A stretch of DNA of 64,000 nucleotides from a virus (IMGVR_UViG_3300037471_001079:19877-83876); one strand, 5' to 3'. Numbered from the stretch's first letter, positions 35,766 through 43,897 are shown. The notes: generated by a model from the letters alone, not told the origin. Numbers and translations: made by a program.

Positions 35766-36171
35766 TTGGAAACGAACAGAGTTAGTATAACTCAGGCTTT
35801 TTAGGGGTCGACGGCGGCCAGGTTGGCGTGCGATGTACAGGTCGTCGCCGGCAACGTAGTTCGGCCAGCCTGGATCGGAGCCTGAAGATGAATGAGCGCC
35901 TCTAAAGCGTACTAGTATAGGAAATCTGAAATTTTGGGGGGCGTAAAATTGGCATACTCGCCCCCCGAGGCCGTGTTTTGCCTGGGAAAACCTACCACTC
36001 CCTCCCATTTTACCTCACTATTCTGGCCCATACGGCGTGGTACTGTTGGTCATCGGCCGACGGGGTCGATGCCGGACCGGGGCCGCTTCCCCGAGGGGAG
36101 ACCTGTGAGCATAGCGATGTCGGACAAACGTCCTGAGGGACGCAAGGCGGAGCTATGCCACTGAGAAACCT

Positions 36172-36183
36172 GGACAATTGTCC
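36172..36183. promoter_or_regulatory. Operator-like perfect palindrome GGACAATTGTCC upstream of the 36208 gene (imperfect copy GGACAAACGTCC at 36122..36133)
   Basis: 12-bp perfect palindrome; the same or a near-identical sequence recurs at 37111, 38089 and 40397, each just upstream of or overlapping a gene start. Confidence 0.5.
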
Positions 36184-36207
36184 CTCACATACGGAGCTTG
36201 AACGATC

Positions 36208-36912
36208 ATGTCACAGTTCACTGACAAGCGCCTCGATGCGCTCACGAAGAAAGTCGCAACCGAGTTCGGAACCAAAACGATCGGCGTCATCGCCGCCTAC
36301 GTCATGAACCTGCACCATGGCCGCAACGGCGGTGTGGTCGCCGAAGGGATGCGGCTCGATGCCGGCGGGCCGGACAGCATCAATTCCCGCGTCTTCAAGA
36401 TCGGTGACTTGATCGCCGAACGCGCCAAGGTCGCCTATGGCGACAATGCCAATGAGAGTGTCGCCTTCGCCGCCCTTCAGACGTGGATCAAGCAGGAAAA
36501 GGGCGATCAGTCCATGTTCGACACGTGGCTGCCGCGTCTGCTCAATCAGCCGACGAAAGCGGAGAAGGAAGCCACGGCCAAGCTGGAAGCGGATACCCGC
36601 GTCGCCAAGGCGGTTGCCGCCAAGGTCAAGGGCGACGAAAAGGCCGAAGACTTGGAGCGGCTGAAGGCGGAGGCGGAGCGTGCCGACAAGCGGTCGCAGG
36701 CCGTCACGAAGCAAATCGCCACCTTGGGCAAGTGGGCGGGTGGCGCCGACCTCGCCGACATACCGGCCGCGGTGTATGCGCTCTTGGAGCGCTTGGAGAC
36801 CGCCAAGGCGTCGGCCTTGCTGTCGGAGATCGGGCGGGACGTCGAGCGCCGCCTGGAGGCCCTCGCCAAGGCTGGTGCCGACACCCTGGTGCCCGCCCAG
36901 CAGGCGGCCTGA
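36208..36912 (+). CDS. Hypothetical early protein (234 aa), Ala/Lys/Glu-rich C-terminus
   Basis: ORF with SD-like ACGGAGC; no motif recognised. Confidence 0.5.
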   Translation: MSQFTDKRLDALTKKVATEFGTKTIGVIAAYVMNLHHGRNGGVVAEGMRLDAGGPDSINSRVFKIGDLIAERAKVAYGDNANESVAFAALQTWIKQEKGDQSMFDTWLPRLLNQPTKAEKEATAKLEADTRVAKAVAAKVKGDEKAEDLERLKAEAERADKRSQAVTKQIATLGKWAGGADLADIPAAVYALLERLETAKASALLSEIGRDVERRLEALAKAGADTLVPAQQAA

Positions 36913-37052
36913 GGGGGGAGCGCGGGAGGGGGAAACCCCTCCCAGCCAGGCCGTGGCCGTGGCGCACGCTCACGACCACACCCACGTCTGCGCCCACGCC
37001 CGCGCGTAAGTGCATGGCGTGGTTGGGAATGTGAGTGTTGCTCACAATCACG

Positions 37053-37071
37053 CTCGGAAGCTGGTCCAAAT
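37053..37071. promoter_or_regulatory. Perfect inverted repeat GTCCAAATTAATTTTGGAC (operator-like)
   Basis: 19-bp palindrome sharing TTGGAC/GTCCAA half-sites with the GGACAATTGTCC family. Confidence 0.45.
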
Positions 37072-37110
37072 TAATTTTGGACAACGGCGAAGCCTGCCCA
37101 AATCAATCCC

Positions 37111-37122
37111 GGACAATTGTCC
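37111..37122. promoter_or_regulatory. GGACAATTGTCC palindrome inside a conserved ~45-bp element (ACGGCGAAGCCTGCCCAAATCAATCCCGGACAATTGTCC) upstream of the 37142 gene
   Basis: same element recurs at 38060..38100 with 36/45 identities. Confidence 0.5.
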
Positions 37123-37141
37123 AAACCCTGGAGTTCACATC

Positions 37142-37768
37142 ATGACCTGGTCGATGCCGACGGACGACGAGATGCGGACGATCATCGGTTGCGCCGCCAA
37201 CACGCCCTACCAGCCGGCCACGTTCATCTACGGCGATCGTTACAAGAACGTGAGCCACGACCTGATCCACGTCATCGATACGATCGGGCCGATGATTGCT
37301 GGCTCGCTTCATTTCAAGCGGTTGTGTGCGGTGTCGGTCGAGAGCCTGGGTCTCGTCGACTTCAGCGTGTTGACCCCACGTGTGATCGAGATCGCCCTCG
37401 ATCTCGTGGAAAGCTGCCGTTCGGAGCGATTGACGGCGCTCAGGGACTCACTCACGGCCGCGAGAGAGGGTCAGGCTCCGGCTCGGATCGAGAGCCCGAA
37501 CGCGTCCCGGCAGTACCTCAACTGGGCGATCCAGTCCTACGGCCGTGCCGTGGCCTCGGGTGAGATGTATCAGGAGGGTCTCATCTCCTACGAGGAGCAT
37601 TGCCAGGTCTACGGCGATGAGCTGACGCGAGCGATCATGTTCTCGGCTCTTGCTGTCGTCTACCTGCGGGACAGCGCCTATGTGAACGAGTTCGCCAAGC
37701 AGCTGACCGAGGTCCTCATGTACGACCTCAACGTGCCGGGTGGGGTCTACGCCTGCCTCGCTCACTGA
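37142..37768 (+). CDS. Hypothetical early protein (208 aa)
   Basis: ORF beginning MTWSMPTDDEM; no motif recognised. Confidence 0.5.
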   Translation: MTWSMPTDDEMRTIIGCAANTPYQPATFIYGDRYKNVSHDLIHVIDTIGPMIAGSLHFKRLCAVSVESLGLVDFSVLTPRVIEIALDLVESCRSERLTALRDSLTAAREGQAPARIESPNASRQYLNWAIQSYGRAVASGEMYQEGLISYEEHCQVYGDELTRAIMFSALAVVYLRDSAYVNEFAKQLTEVLMYDLNVPGGVYACLAH

Positions 37769-37827
37769 ACGTGTGGCCACCCCGGTCGGCGATTGTCAGC
37801 CGACCGGGGGTGTGGGGAGGATTGTCC

Positions 37828-38025
37828 ATGATGACGCTCGAAGAGCAGCTGCACATCCAAGCTCATGATCTGTTGGATGAGCAGATCCAAAACCGCATCC
37901 GATTGAACTCGATCAAGTCTAGGGTCCAGGATGCGATCGATGCCATCGAGATCAACGCGCCGGAGATCGCTCTGGCTCGGCTCAAGTCGGTGCTCAGGCT
38001 GATCGCCGAGCAAAAGCTGAACTAA
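37828..38025 (+). CDS. Small coiled-coil protein (65 aa)
   Basis: strong SD GGGGAGG 6 nt upstream of ATGATG. Confidence 0.45.
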   Translation: MMTLEEQLHIQAHDLLDEQIQNRIRLNSIKSRVQDAIDAIEINAPEIALARLKSVLRLIAEQKLN

Positions 38026-38088
38026 ACGACCACACCACCAGTTTCGACCCTGATCGAAACGACGGCGAAGCTTGCCCAAGTGAATGGA

Positions 38089-38100
38089 GGACAAATGTCC
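38089..38100. promoter_or_regulatory. GGACAAATGTCC palindrome overlapping the start codon of the 38095 micro-ORF
   Basis: second copy of the conserved 45-bp promoter/operator element (ACGACGGCGAAGCTTGCCCAAGTGAATGGAGGACAAATGTCC). Confidence 0.45.
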
Positions 38101-38199
38101 TGGGATTTCAACGACATCATGACCTGGGTTTACATCGGCGATGCGCTGATCATCCCGGCAGTCATCTTCACACTCTGGCATTCATTCGCAAGGGGCTGA
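38095..38199 (+). CDS. 34-aa hydrophobic micro-protein (MSWDFNDIMTWVYIGDALIIPAVIFTLWHSFARG)
   Basis: single TM-like segment; start codon embedded in the operator palindrome; too short for the ORF track. Confidence 0.3.
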   Translation: MSWDFNDIMTWVYIGDALIIPAVIFTLWHSFARG

Positions 38200-38203
38200 G
38201 ACA

Positions 38204-38602
38204 ATGGCCAGCAAGCAAACGCAAAACGGCGGGAGCGCTCCCCGCACCGCCTATCGCCACTGGTCAATTGGCCGTGACCACACGGTCGGCGCCTTCTCGG
38301 ACACACAAGCCAAGGGCGGCTGCCCTTGGAACGATCCGCCTGATCGTGAAGACTCCGTCGCCCGTATCAAAGTCTTAGGTGTCGACATCAAGCGGGACAA
38401 GCTGGTGTTCGAACACTCCGAACTACGTTCGAACTTCCGTAAAGGAAGGTCTTTCGTGCCAGAGAGTGGTGACTTCGACCTGTTTGACGCCGCCACTGGT
38501 GTCCGGGTTCTGATCGGTGTGTCGGATCGAGCAATCAAGGCCTTCATCCGACGCGAAAAACTGAAGGCCGGCGAGTATTGGACGGAGGACACCATGCGCT
38601 AG
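38204..38602 (+). CDS. Hypothetical protein with a C-terminal excisionase/MerR-like HTH (candidate regulator)
   Basis: C-terminus VSDRAIKAFIRREKLKAGEYW resembles the HTH_17 (Xis/AlpA-type) recognition pattern; SD AAGGGG upstream. Confidence 0.4.
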   Translation: MASKQTQNGGSAPRTAYRHWSIGRDHTVGAFSDTQAKGGCPWNDPPDREDSVARIKVLGVDIKRDKLVFEHSELRSNFRKGRSFVPESGDFDLFDAATGVRVLIGVSDRAIKAFIRREKLKAGEYWTEDTMR

Positions 38603-39005
38603 TCAGCAAGTGAACCACGCTTTGAAGCGACGGCGTGGTTCGTATCCCTAGTCGCAACGGCGCTCCCACACTGGCTGAGCTAGAGGCATCCTCGCTGTAT
38701 GCCTGGCTATGAGGCCACCCCATCATATGCTGAACCTGAGCATGTTCTAAAACTGCTCAATCAATTCTAGAGGCCCTAGGAGAGTCATACACGGCTTTCT
38801 AGGGGTCTTTGGCTACGTGGGTAGCTCCCCACCCAGTACTTGGCCGTCCTAGGCCTGTTTCCTGCCACTACAGACTCCCTGCCACAACCTGGCTTCGCCT
38901 GGTTCACGCACTGAGTCCAAAACGAACGAGATTGTCGAGTGCTGGATGAGCCAGCAACGGCGAAGCTATGCCCCGACTTTGTCCTCTGGATAAGGAGTTA
39001 TCCGA

Positions 39006-39191
39006 ATGATCACCCGCTTCTTCAATTGGATGGACGACAATCCCGGCAAGGTCATGACCGTTCAGGCCGCCGGCTTTGGCTCGATGCTCTACAACATCAT
39101 CGGCATCGATGAGCCGGGCAAGCTTGTCCTCGTCATCACCCTCACCATTCTGGCGACGGTCGGCCTCACCCTGGTCCAGAGGAACATCTGA
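39006..39191 (+). CDS. Small membrane protein (61 aa)
   Basis: strong SD AAGGAG 8 nt upstream; C-terminal hydrophobic helix LVLVITLTILATVGLTLV. Confidence 0.5.
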   Translation: MITRFFNWMDDNPGKVMTVQAAGFGSMLYNIIGIDEPGKLVLVITLTILATVGLTLVQRNI

Positions 39192-39355
39192 TGTCCAGGA
39201 TCGAGCAGGTTTTACAGCACAAGGCTGTCCTACGACAGAAAGTGTGGCATTTGAGCAACAAACAGGCCATGAGGCTTGTAAGGCTCTACGCCGACGCCGT
39301 GCTGGCCATTAGGCTCCGTTACGACGAGGCCGTGATCATTATCGATCAACTCTAG
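39191..39355 (+). CDS. Small hypothetical protein (54 aa), translationally coupled (TGATG overlap)
   Basis: ATG overlaps the upstream stop by 1 nt; ends just before a terminator hairpin. Confidence 0.35.
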   Translation: MSRIEQVLQHKAVLRQKVWHLSNKQAMRLVRLYADAVLAIRLRYDEAVIIIDQL

Positions 39356-39386
39356 GGGCTGAACAGCCCCTAACCTCTTGATTTTT
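39354..39386. terminator. Rho-independent terminator (AGGGGCTG-AA-CAGCCCCT followed by a T-rich tract)
   Basis: perfect 8-bp stem with a T-run downstream. Confidence 0.6.
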
Positions 39387-39520
39387 ATAACCTTATTTCT
39401 ATTTCTTTTTATACTTTTTATTTTCCCCACATCAGGTGCTTCCAGGAGAAAATTTGAAGAGATAATATAACTCAATAATATATTTCTTTAGAGCCATCCA
39501 CTTCCCCCCGCATAAAAAGT
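39372..39520. other. ~150-bp AT-rich island (about 25% GC) in a ~60% GC genome, directly upstream of the HNH endonuclease gene
   Basis: TTTTTATAACCTTATTTCTATTTCTTTTTATACTTTTTATTTTCC...AATAATATATTTCTTTAGAG; sharp compositional break. Confidence 0.6.
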
Positions 39521-39524
39521 AGTG

Positions 39525-40013
39525 ATGAAAAACCGAAAAGCTCTTCGTTCAAAAGCATTTAGACGTGGTTGGCTACCCAAGCAACCCTCCCGGCCATCCC
39601 GCAAAACCCACTACAAAACGGCCGAACGACTGGCCAAAGAGCATATCTTGGCCTTGTTCCCGGATCGCGAAGCCTGCTGGCCCTGGCCTGGGCCGTTCCG
39701 GCTCCCCATTCCGAAGTCCTATCAGGGCACGATCTATCGCTACCGCGGCCCATACCTCGCCATCGGCGGCCGGCAGTTCAGCTCCCTGCCGGCCTTGTTC
39801 AACCCGCCTCCCAAAGGTTTCAGTCTTCGCAGGACCTGCGAAACGCCCGACTGCATCAACCCCGACCATTGGGAGCCTGATCTGCGTCCAGTCAAGAACT
39901 GGATCATACGCAATCCGGAACTGTCGTTCCCGGAAGTCGCTGGCAGTGAATTCTGCCAGAACGTCGACCCATCAGCTTTGATGGACATCTACGCCACCGT
40001 TCGAGGAGATTAG
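39525..40013 (+). CDS. HNH-family (HNH_3-like) homing endonuclease
   Basis: ACWPWPG...GTIYRYRGPYLAIGGRQFS...RRTCETPDCINPDHWE fits the CWxW...G...HR...C.NP.C.NP.HL HNH_3 pattern; preceded by the AT-rich island. Confidence 0.55.
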   Translation: MKNRKALRSKAFRRGWLPKQPSRPSRKTHYKTAERLAKEHILALFPDREACWPWPGPFRLPIPKSYQGTIYRYRGPYLAIGGRQFSSLPALFNPPPKGFSLRRTCETPDCINPDHWEPDLRPVKNWIIRNPELSFPEVAGSEFCQNVDPSALMDIYATVRGD

Positions 40014-40017
40014 CCCT

Positions 40018-40344
40018 ATGATCAACAACGTCGACATCCTCAAATATGCCAGGAAGCTGGCCGAGCAGAAGCCCGCTTCCGTCCGTGCCTTCACCCCTCT
40101 CGGTCAGGTCTATATCAGCCCGACCAAGTGCATCGACGAGAGCTTGAGGCAGCTCGGTCTCCCAGCCTGGCCCGCACTCGGCCTGTTCTACCTGCTCGAC
40201 AACGCGGTCCCGATCAAGACCAAGACCGCCGAGGAATACTTCGTCAACAGGGCGAACGCCCAGATCATGATGGTGTTCGACGACGCGATCGCCCACCAGG
40301 CCCGGCTCGACCAGGAGTTCGGCGAGCTGCAGCTCGCGGCCTGA
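40018..40344 (+). CDS. Hypothetical protein (108 aa)
   Basis: ORF with SD GGAG upstream. Confidence 0.45.
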   Translation: MINNVDILKYARKLAEQKPASVRAFTPLGQVYISPTKCIDESLRQLGLPAWPALGLFYLLDNAVPIKTKTAEEYFVNRANAQIMMVFDDAIAHQARLDQEFGELQLAA

Positions 40345-40396
40345 CCAAAAAGCCTTTTCCAATTCTGGCCAGCGGAGCCAGGTCCCCAATAAACCC

Positions 40397-40408
40397 AGAC
40401 AATTGTCC
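40397..40408. promoter_or_regulatory. AGACAATTGTCC operator-like palindrome variant upstream of the 40433 gene
   Basis: GACAATTGTC core shared with the 36172, 37111 and 38089 sites. Confidence 0.4.
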
Positions 40409-40432
40409 AACCCTGAAAGGGAATGCACTGCC

Positions 40433-40807
40433 ATGACCAACGACAACGCCACCTACGCCGTCCGTGCCATCATCACCAACGACACGTACGAGAACCTCCG
40501 CCCCCTGGCCGACGTCGCCGTTCGTGCCCCGGACGTGCTCATGGCCGTGATCAATAACGACCCCATCCCGGTCAAGGAGGTCTTCCTCCCCAACCCGAGC
40601 TATGACGACCTGGTCCGTGCCATCAAGATGGACATCAAGACGACGGGCACCGACCCGGAGCGCTGGATGAGCCTGGTCCGTGCCGGCGCCAAGATCGAGG
40701 CCATTAAGGAGTACAGGAACCAGACCGGCATCGGTCTCAAGAGCTCGAAGGACTTCATCGAGTTCATGTGGGACTTCATCCGCCCCCCAGTGGCGGTGGC
40801 GGCCTGA
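40433..40807 (+). CDS. Hypothetical protein (124 aa)
   Basis: preceded by the conserved 25-nt element CCCTGAAAGGGAATGCACTGCCATG, which also precedes the 40895 gene. Confidence 0.45.
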   Translation: MTNDNATYAVRAIITNDTYENLRPLADVAVRAPDVLMAVINNDPIPVKEVFLPNPSYDDLVRAIKMDIKTTGTDPERWMSLVRAGAKIEAIKEYRNQTGIGLKSSKDFIEFMWDFIRPPVAVAA

Positions 40808-40894
40808 TCAAGACTAACACCCACACCGTGGCGCCTGGCAGCGCCACGGTCATGGTCAGAGTTTGATTTCACCCCTGAAAGGGAATGCACTGTC

Positions 40895-41506
40895 ATGTCT
40901 GCCATTATCCATCTCGACGAAGCTACCGCCCGTCGCATCCTCGCCACCGTTGACGCCGGCCTCTCCCACGGCCTAGGCGCCCCTCACCCTGGCCACATGT
41001 GTGTCGAGGCCGCGGTCTGCTTCGCTCTGGACCTGCCTCACAGCGACGACCCAAAGTGCGTCGCCCAGTCGCTCAGGAAGCTGAAGATCGCGCTGAACGA
41101 CCTTGCTTGGCCCTCTCCTGCGGAGAGGGCCAAAGCGCTCCGCAGACTGGCCATCGCCCAACTCGGCACCAACAAGGACCTCGACGAGCTCGAGTTCACC
41201 AAGCGTGTCCTCGATCTGATCAACACCACGATCCTGCCGATCGAGAAGGCCTACTTCGACACCCACCACGACACCTGGTGGCAGCCCTTCGTGACCGATT
41301 GGGCCAAGGATATCGCCTTGGATATCGACGAAGGCTTCTTCGACGACAGCCACGGCGGCGCCCTCGGCGACATCGTCGGCAAGAGCGTGCGCTACACCGA
41401 CTACGATTTCGCCCACGTGGCCCAGTTCTGCGAGGGCGTGGTCCAGATCCTGATCGCCATGGGTGCTAAGGGCACCGAGTGGCTGCACCTGACCGAGGCC
41501 CACTAA
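40895..41506 (+). CDS. Hypothetical protein (203 aa)
   Basis: preceded by CCCTGAAAGGGAATGCACTGTCATG; stop TAA lies inside an ACTAACACCCACA motif. Confidence 0.5.
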   Translation: MSAIIHLDEATARRILATVDAGLSHGLGAPHPGHMCVEAAVCFALDLPHSDDPKCVAQSLRKLKIALNDLAWPSPAERAKALRRLAIAQLGTNKDLDELEFTKRVLDLINTTILPIEKAYFDTHHDTWWQPFVTDWAKDIALDIDEGFFDDSHGGALGDIVGKSVRYTDYDFAHVAQFCEGVVQILIAMGAKGTEWLHLTEAH

Positions 41507-41600
41507 CACCCACAATCACGGTCACACCCTCCCTCGGTCACACCCTCATTCACGGTGAGAGTGTGACAACTATCACAATTGTGAAAGGAACCTCTCTCGG

Positions 41601-41879
41601 ATGACCAACTATCTCGCCCTCTCATTCCCGGCCGACCCCTATGTGGCCAAGTACCCGGCCTTGGACGAGTACCTGGCCAACATCTACTACCACGAGCCCA
41701 ACGCGACCCTGGACGCCATTCACAAGGCTGGGTCCCTGGGTGAGGTCAGGCTCATTCTGGAATTTTACGACGCCTTCTTCGACGACGAGAACGGCCCCAG
41801 CCGCGAGCTCGTGCTGTTCAACCTGAACCAGCACGACCCAGTGTGGGCGGCCTTCAGCAAGAAGTACCAGTATGAATGA
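41601..41879 (+). CDS. Small protein, member 1 of a 3-member paralog family (conserved ...DPVW..F.KKY C-terminus)
   Basis: paralogous to 41876..42139 and 42719..43018; SD GAAAGGAA. Confidence 0.5.
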   Translation: MTNYLALSFPADPYVAKYPALDEYLANIYYHEPNATLDAIHKAGSLGEVRLILEFYDAFFDDENGPSRELVLFNLNQHDPVWAAFSKKYQYE

Positions 41880-42139
41880 CCACAATCGCTGAGGACTACC
41901 CCGAGCTCAACCAGCTGCTTGACCATGTCACCAACCCCTTCCGGACCAGGCATGGTCATCCGCCACCCAAGATACTGGACCTGATCCTAAGGTCCACCAA
42001 CAGGGACGAGCAGCAGCACTTGTTCGAGCTAGCGCTGGCCAGGCACAGCTACGGTGGTGATTGGGAACCGGCGGTTTGGACCCTGTGTCTGACCGAAGAC
42101 CCGGTCTGGGTGTACTTCCACAAGAAGTACTTCACATGA
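41876..42139 (+). CDS. Small protein, member 2 of the same paralog family
   Basis: ILDLILRSTNRDEQQHLFELAL vs VLDYILRSKDREEQDKILDLYS in 42719..43018; ATGAATGA overlap with upstream gene. Confidence 0.5.
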   Translation: MTTIAEDYPELNQLLDHVTNPFRTRHGHPPPKILDLILRSTNRDEQQHLFELALARHSYGGDWEPAVWTLCLTEDPVWVYFHKKYFT

Positions 42140-42462
42140 ACCCCATCGCCAAGTTTTTCAAAAAGGGTCGCATCCGACCCCCAACCGGCTGGGAGCGGAT
42201 GTGCTCGGCGTGCGAGGAGGACATCCAGACCTCCGTATTCCCAGGCTCGATCGACGCTGTGATCGAGCTCTACAGCCTGGCCTTGGAAGCCATGCAGGCT
42301 TACCGCGGCACGATCGACGCAGACGGGTATGCCGTCCCCTTCCTCTCAATGGACGACCGCGAACGCCTCGGCCTGATCATCTGGTACGCCCTGAGCGACG
42401 ACATCGCCAGAACCAGGCTCAGGGGCCTCCAGGACGGCTTCCAGGCCGGCGCGGGCATCTAG
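42136..42462 (+). CDS. Hypothetical protein (108 aa)
   Basis: ATGA start/stop overlap with the upstream gene. Confidence 0.4.
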   Translation: MNPIAKFFKKGRIRPPTGWERMCSACEEDIQTSVFPGSIDAVIELYSLALEAMQAYRGTIDADGYAVPFLSMDDRERLGLIIWYALSDDIARTRLRGLQDGFQAGAGI

Positions 42463-42534
42463 CAGCGCTTTATCCCTAAGGCCACCAGCGGACTCTCTAG
42501 CGCGGCCAGAATCAATTCTAGAAGGAACCCTTCC

Positions 42535-42726
42535 ATGTACATGCTGATCGAGTACGATTACGGTGGCAACCATTTCGAGGTATATCAAGACCTCCCCTCC
42601 CTCAAAGACTACCTCAGGAAGCGGAAGGCCGTGTACGGCCGCGGCTTCGACATCGACGACTATGAGGTCTACGTGCTGGCCCAGGCTGAGCCTCTGAACC
42701 TCAGGGAGCTGCTCGCCGATGACTGA
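42535..42726 (+). CDS. Small hypothetical protein (63 aa)
   Basis: preceded by AATCAATTCTAGAAGGAACCC (SD AAGGAA); the AATCAATTCTAGA motif also occurs at 38757. Confidence 0.4.
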   Translation: MYMLIEYDYGGNHFEVYQDLPSLKDYLRKRKAVYGRGFDIDDYEVYVLAQAEPLNLRELLADD

Positions 42727-43018
42727 TTACGCCACCCGCTTCCCGATCTTCGACGAGTACGTTCGGGCTCACATCGACTACAAGTCGTTCGGTGGATCAC
42801 TCTTCGATCCGACGCCTTACCCGAGGGTGCTGGATTACATCCTTCGCTCCAAGGACCGCGAGGAACAGGACAAGATCCTGGACCTCTACTCTCGCGCCAC
42901 ACTCTACAGCGAGAGCCCTCTCAACCGCCTCGCCGACTACAACTGGTACGACGAGGACGATCCTGTCCATGATCTATTCAAGTTCTTCGCCAGGAAGTAC
43001 GACCTCGATCGAGACTAA
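42719..43018 (+). CDS. Small protein, member 3 of the 41601/41876 paralog family
   Basis: shared blocks; stop TAA inside an ACTAACACCCACA motif. Confidence 0.5.
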   Translation: MTDYATRFPIFDEYVRAHIDYKSFGGSLFDPTPYPRVLDYILRSKDREEQDKILDLYSRATLYSESPLNRLADYNWYDEDDPVHDLFKFFARKYDLDRD

Positions 43019-43119
43019 CACCCACAGTCACAGTCACGCTCATTCAAGCCACACTCTCACTCACGGTGAGAGTGTGAAGACGCTTGTTCAATCGGGTCGG
43101 TGCTGCGCACGACCCTCAT

Positions 43120-43197
43120 GCTCCCATCGTCTAACTGGCCTAGGACCCGGCGCCGCTCCGCGCCGGAATGCAGGTTCGAATCCTGCTGGGAGCGCCA
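43120..43197 (+). tRNA. tRNA-like gene 1 (78 nt, encoded CCA) with a non-canonical anticodon arm (6-nt or 8-nt loop CCGCTCCG containing CTC)
   Basis: perfect 7-bp acceptor stem GCTCCCA/TGGGAGC, discriminator G, CCA; D arm GTCT/GGAC with A14 R15 G18G19 A21; T arm GCAGG-TTCGAAT-CCTGC; anticodon stem CGGCG/CGCCG closes an 8-nt loop only. Confidence 0.55.
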
Positions 43198-43226
43198 TTT
43201 GCAACGCAATTAAGGGAACTCCTTCC

Positions 43227-43616
43227 ATGTACGACCCCACCTACGCCCAGGCTCTGTTCGACGAGTCCTACACCAAACTGGCAGCCCAGGGCTGTGCCGC
43301 CGTCAACGGCCTCGGCCACTGCAAGTACCGTACCGACCAGGGGCATGCCTGCGCCGTCGGCGTTCTCCTGACCGACGAGGAATACGACCCTCAGATGGAC
43401 GAGGAGAACATGACGGTCACTCTTATGAGCGACCGCGGTCTGCTTCCTGCCAGGCTCGAGCCCTACATCGACCTGTTGGTCGCCCTACAGTCGAAGCACG
43501 ACTACTATCTGTATGCCCTGGACGGCATCAGTTACCCCACCGGCATTCAGCCGTGGAAGAACGAGCTGCGTACCGTGGCCGCGAACCATGGCCTGTCGGC
43601 GGCAATCCTCTCATGA
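43227..43616 (+). CDS. Cys-containing small protein, member of a 3-member paralog family (C.YR...G..CAVG.L.TDEEY.P)
   Basis: GHCKYRTDQGHACAVGVLLTDEEYDPQMD vs 45743 (GKCKYRASDGSVCAVGALIPDEVYDPRVE) and 48003 (PRCLYRGPGGRKCAVGILITDEEYKPEMD); SD AAGGGAA. Confidence 0.5.
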   Translation: MYDPTYAQALFDESYTKLAAQGCAAVNGLGHCKYRTDQGHACAVGVLLTDEEYDPQMDEENMTVTLMSDRGLLPARLEPYIDLLVALQSKHDYYLYALDGISYPTGIQPWKNELRTVAANHGLSAAILS

Positions 43617-43864
43617 GCCGCACCAATCCGCTCTACCCAGTCTACCGTTACAGCTGCACCTTCGCCCCGCCGGGATACGCAACCCCGGCGGTCGTGATCA
43701 ACGAGCAGGCGTTCACCAGCCGCAAAGACTTCGAGCGCCATATCCATGTGTGGAACCTGCATCCACACTATCGGTACGTCGCAGAGCAACCACCCCTTAC
43801 TGGGCGGTTTGATGTACTCAACAAGGTTACTCATGTAAAGCCGGTGCAGAAAGCGCCGTTGTGA
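43613..43864 (+). CDS. Small hypothetical protein (83 aa)
   Basis: ATGA overlap with the upstream gene. Confidence 0.4.
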   Translation: MSRTNPLYPVYRYSCTFAPPGYATPAVVINEQAFTSRKDFERHIHVWNLHPHYRYVAEQPPLTGRFDVLNKVTHVKPVQKAPL

Positions 43865-43897
43865 TGTATTATCCAAGTATTCACAGTGAGCCATCCC

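Noticed and set aside
35763-36008. 81-aa minus-strand ORF in the primase-downstream intergenic region
   Set aside because: No RBS, odd composition, and it overlaps a terminator. The region is more plausibly regulatory; it contains the GGGGGGCG...CGCCCCCC hairpin.
38640-38700. tRNA-like T-loop (GGTTCGTATCC) after the 38204..38602 gene
   Set aside because: It forms a single long hairpin (GAACCACGC...GCGTGGTTC), not a cloverleaf. There is no acceptor stem or CCA.
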